Below are positions 61,324 to 64,000 of a DNA stretch of 64,000 nucleotides, piece by piece. Below the pieces are notes generated by a model. That model was not told the DNA's origin. It saw only the letters and a list, made by a program, of their open reading frames with translations, and made no database searches. The position numbers were made by a program, and so were the translations under genes. Every line of letters begins with the position of its first letter. The first letter of the stretch is position 1. Source of the stretch: a virus (taxonomy: Duplodnaviria > Heunggongvirae > Uroviricota > Caudoviricetes); IMG/VR virus record IMGVR_UViG_2974695582_000001, positions 46,918 through 110,917 of that record; one strand, written 5' to 3'.

Positions 61324-62346
61324 ATGCCCGCTGGTATCGAGACGTACAAGGAAATGGCCGCTTTCGCTTCTCTCCGTCAGCCTGCATGGCATGACCTCGG
61401 AACGGTTTTTGACAAGCCTGTTTCGACTGAGGAAATGCTTAAGCTGGCTCACATGCACAACTGGAATCTGCGATTTGAGGATGCATCCGACTGGATGCCT
61501 GGCTTCACTTTCGTGGATGAGACGCTTCACGTGGTTCGTGATAATCCGTTCATTCCCGGTCAGAAGGATGTTCTGGGAACTGTCGGTGGTCGGTATAACA
61601 TCTTCTCGAATGAGCAGATTTTCGACTTCGCTGACACTCTGACGGATGGTCGGCGTCGGTGGGAAACGGCCGGAAGCATTAAGAATGGTCAGAAGGTTTT
61701 CGCTACTCTTGTGGCAACTGATGACCTTGTCCTTGACCCGAATGGTTCTGCTGACACCATCAAGCGCTATATCATGCTGGTTTCCAGCCATGACGGTTCT
61801 ACCACCATGATTATCAAGATGGTGAATACCCGAGTGGTTTGCCAGAATACCCTTAACATTGCTCTTGGTGAGAAGGGTGCTGAGTTCAAGATTCGCCACA
61901 CTCAGGGAATGGAAACCAAGATTCAGGATGCTAAGAAGGCTCTGAGTCTGGCGACTGTTTACGACGAGGCTTTCGAAAAGGGAATGCAGGCTCTCTTTGA
62001 GGCTGAGATGACTCTTACTCAGTTTGAGAAGATTGTTATGGATATCTTCCCGGAGCCGGAAGAGGATGTTCGTGGAAGCCAGAAGAAGTGGGACACCAAG
62101 ATGGACACCATTCTGAACATCTGGCAGAATTCCACTGGTGAGGTTGAGAATCTGCCGAATTCCGCTTACAAGGGATTCAATGTTCTCACTGGATGGAACC
62201 AGTGGCACCGTGGAATCCGAAAGGACAAGAGCGGTAACCCGAACACGGAGAACTTCCTTGCGGCTGGTGCTGGATTCGATGTCAAGACGAACGAATTCCG
62301 CACTGAGGTTTTTGAGCGTATGCAGGAATTCGCTCTGACTGTCTGA
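61324..62346 (+). CDS. phage/plasmid-like protein, possibly DUF932 (TIGR03299) family
   Basis: 340 aa. The N-terminal PAWHDLG-like segment recalls the DUF932 VPWHGLG motif. Tentative. Confidence 0.3.
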   Translation: MPAGIETYKEMAAFASLRQPAWHDLGTVFDKPVSTEEMLKLAHMHNWNLRFEDASDWMPGFTFVDETLHVVRDNPFIPGQKDVLGTVGGRYNIFSNEQIFDFADTLTDGRRRWETAGSIKNGQKVFATLVATDDLVLDPNGSADTIKRYIMLVSSHDGSTTMIIKMVNTRVVCQNTLNIALGEKGAEFKIRHTQGMETKIQDAKKALSLATVYDEAFEKGMQALFEAEMTLTQFEKIVMDIFPEPEEDVRGSQKKWDTKMDTILNIWQNSTGEVENLPNSAYKGFNVLTGWNQWHRGIRKDKSGNPNTENFLAAGAGFDVKTNEFRTEVFERMQEFALTV

Positions 62347-62398
62347 GGCTTTACGGCGGCCCCTTCGGGGGCCGCAAGCTTTTATCTAAGGAGATAAC

Positions 62399-62563
62399 AT
62401 GAATGAATTCGGCTGGTCTGTTTTCGGTTCTGCTGCGATTGGCGGGATTTCGACGGCAGTTGCCAATGGAGCTTTTGACCAACACTGGAATTTCTTTGTA
62501 GTATGGATTCTGTTGTTCTTGCTGTATTGGGCTATCCGATTCGGTCTTGACTTGGATTGGTAA
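62399..62563 (+). CDS. hypothetical membrane protein
   Basis: 54 aa after AAGGAGATAA. Two TM helices. Confidence 0.4.
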   Translation: MNEFGWSVFGSAAIGGISTAVANGAFDQHWNFFVVWILLFLLYWAIRFGLDLDW

Positions 62564-62576
62564 GGAGGTAGGATAT

Positions 62577-62825
62577 ATGGAAATGATTAACCTGTCCAAG
62601 GCAATGCGGACAGAGGTGGTTGACGGTAGGATTTATTTCGACCTTGAGCAGTTGCTAGGAATCATGTACGACGTTTGCAATAAGTCGGCTGTCATGGCAA
62701 CAGACCACCAAGACCCTGTCTTGGGCACGATGACTCTAGGCGTAGCCAACATGTGTAAGGCTCTGGACGACGTTCTGACGCTCCAGAAGGAAGCACATGG
62801 GCTGACTCACCCGAAGGCTACTTGA
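62577..62825 (+). CDS. hypothetical protein
   Basis: ATG after GGAGG. 82 aa. Confidence 0.45.
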   Translation: MEMINLSKAMRTEVVDGRIYFDLEQLLGIMYDVCNKSAVMATDHQDPVLGTMTLGVANMCKALDDVLTLQKEAHGLTHPKAT

Positions 62826-63047
62826 AGCGCTCACAGAGCGATTTTCGGGGGTTGCCCTGACCAAGCAAACATGCTACACTAATTACATGTTCGTTAGGTG
62901 ATAAGGACACCTTTTCTCTTAAAGGATTCCGGTACCTCTATCAGTCAGGTCAGGCGAGAGGCTAAGTAACAGTCGGCAGTTATGCCGGAATCCCTTCACA
63001 ATTAGATAGTTGTTTACAAATGTCCAATTAACAGAAGGAGAATTAAG

Positions 63048-63152
63048 ATGCCTGAGGTTTACGATTACGATGACGAGTCGCAGGATGTTTTCGTTGAATC
63101 GGATTCTCCTGTTGACAGCGTTTACATTCCGGATGGACTGACCGATTTTTAG
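63048..63152 (+). CDS. hypothetical small acidic peptide
   Basis: 34 aa after GAAGGAGAA. Confidence 0.3.
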   Translation: MPEVYDYDDESQDVFVESDSPVDSVYIPDGLTDF

Positions 63153-63162
63153 GAGTTAACTT

Positions 63163-63432
63163 ATGCGCACCGGACTTGAGAACACTAAGCAAGAGACGCT
63201 TGAAATCTTGATTACAAACCTTAAGTCCGGTGTGCTTAAGGTTATTGATATGGGTCCGGCCGCTTTGGTTTCCGACAATCCAAAGGAATGCCCGCCCGCA
63301 GCAGCTTTTGAAACCAACATGATGATTCTTCAAGCCTTTGAGGCGGAATGCCTCAGGCGTGGAATCGATTTTGATTCCATTGGTCCAAACATTCGAGAAA
63401 TTGAGGACCGCTGGCTTGAAGCCCGACAATAA
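63163..63432 (+). CDS. hypothetical protein
   Basis: 89-aa ORF after AGGAG. Confidence 0.45.
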   Translation: MRTGLENTKQETLEILITNLKSGVLKVIDMGPAALVSDNPKECPPAAAFETNMMILQAFEAECLRRGIDFDSIGPNIREIEDRWLEARQ

Positions 63433-63448
63433 GGAATAGGTAAAGACA

Positions 63449-63658
63449 TTGGCAATTGTTCGTATCAGCACTGTACTTAAGAATGCTCCGTCCGTTGGCA
63501 TTCAGGCTTGCGTCTATGGCGTTGAGTGTGAAACCATTGAGTCTAAGGACCCGGCTGGAATTGTTTTTGAACTAATGGGAAGCCGTGAGAAGATTGCCAA
63601 CGTCGTTGGCCGCACTGGTTCCCGCATTCTGAGTATCGCTGAGCCTGTAGGTAAGTAA
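63449..63658 (+). CDS. hypothetical protein (TTG start)
   Basis: 69-aa ORF. Confidence 0.35.
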   Translation: MAIVRISTVLKNAPSVGIQACVYGVECETIESKDPAGIVFELMGSREKIANVVGRTGSRILSIAEPVGK

Positions 63659-63663
63659 GAGAT

Positions 63664-63692
63664 GCCCCGTCAGAAATGGCGGGGTTTTCTCG
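63664..63692 (+). terminator. Rho-independent terminator
   Basis: CCCCGtcagaaatggCGGGGttttctcg. Confidence 0.55.
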
Positions 63693-63762
63693 TCCCTGGT
63701 AGCTTCTTGACAGGGCTACCAAGCTTGATGTACAGTCTTAGCAGAAGGAAGGGAGAGCCAGA

Positions 63763-64000
63763 GTGGCTAAGGCAGGGTCTACCATCGAAAAGGTTTTTGT
63801 CAAGGACAGGGGAATTTGCTGGCTATGCCGCAAGCTTGTTGACAAGGAAGAGGCTACGCGTGACCATGTCATTCCGTACTCTCTTGGTGGTCCGAACAAT
63901 GAGCCTAATCTAAGGCTGGCACACAGGAAGTGTAACGAGAAGCGAGCGAATCAAATCAGGATTTCTAAGAAGGAAAGCCTGAAGATTCTTATTGAATGTC
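63763..64000 (+). CDS. HNH endonuclease (partial, continues beyond the window; GTG start inferred)
   Basis: CWLCRKLVDKEEATRDHVIPYSLGGPNNEPNLRLAHRKCNEKRANQ is an HNH motif. The overlapping 63662 ORF in another frame is judged spurious. Confidence 0.5.
   Translation, partial: MAKAGSTIEKVFVKDRGICWLCRKLVDKEEATRDHVIPYSLGGPNNEPNLRLAHRKCNEKRANQIRISKKESLKILIEC

Noticed and set aside
61276-62208. 310-aa minus-strand ORF
   Set aside because: Antisense to the 340-aa + strand gene, which has a promoter and SD context. Judged spurious.
63826-63842. AAGCTT inside the terminal HNH gene, considered as another copy of the start-associated element
   Set aside because: It lacks the preceding GC hairpin and lies within the coding sequence. 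Probably a chance HindIII site plus an internal TTGACA.
63662-63913. 83-aa + strand ORF
   Set aside because: A different frame over the same DNA encodes a clear HNH endonuclease motif (DHVIPYSLGG...LAHRKCN). The HNH frame was preferred.
1-64000. CRISPR arrays, rRNA, integrase/attachment sites
   Set aside because: No direct-repeat/spacer array, no rRNA-like conserved stretches and no tyrosine/serine recombinase motif were seen.

Overview
This window looks like a phage genome segment with essentially every gene on the + strand. The gene content (a WhiB-like regulator, an Lsr2-like protein, TTGACA-N17-18-TAGAGT/TAGTAT/TAAGGT promoters, apparently leaderless starts) points to an actinobacteriophage, probably Streptomyces-like, despite roughly 48% GC. 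The composition, in genome order, is:

- Replication, recombination and nucleotide-metabolism block (1-16 kb): DnaB-like helicase C-terminus, DnaG-type primase, SSB-like protein, DnaE-type Pol III alpha, dUTPase, RecA/UvsX-like recombinase, Cas4/RecB-like nuclease, RuvC-like resolvase, DnaQ-like exonuclease, dNMP kinase, 5'-deoxyribonucleotidase, and glycosyltransferase/cytidylyltransferase genes.
- Terminase small/large subunit pair (16.2-18.7 kb).
- A large tRNA island (19.3-51.7 kb, about 30 tRNA genes) interspersed with small ORFs.
- A clear Ro60/TROVE (Rsr) ortholog, surrounded by at least six Y-RNA-like non-coding RNA loci. These carry a 5' motif, CGGGTCGGATG...AGGGTTATCTAAC...AATTG, that closely resembles the metazoan Y RNA Ro-binding helix, and a 3' CATATCCG partner. 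Two of them have YrlA-like tRNA-mimic modules.
- An ADP-ribose toolkit: Sir2 family (sirtuin-like), macrodomain and NADAR proteins.
- tRNA-repair-type enzymes: Rnl1-like ligase next to a Pnk-like kinase, an Rnl2-like ligase, and a calcineurin-like phosphoesterase.
- A GHKL-ATPase (rIIA-like) gene followed by a putative rIIB-like partner.
- vWA, SPFH, thioredoxin, KTSC and HNH endonuclease genes.
- A highly repeated 'GC hairpin + (C)AAGCTT' element placed 10-25 nt upstream of more than 25 start codons.

No CRISPR array, rRNA or integrase was seen.
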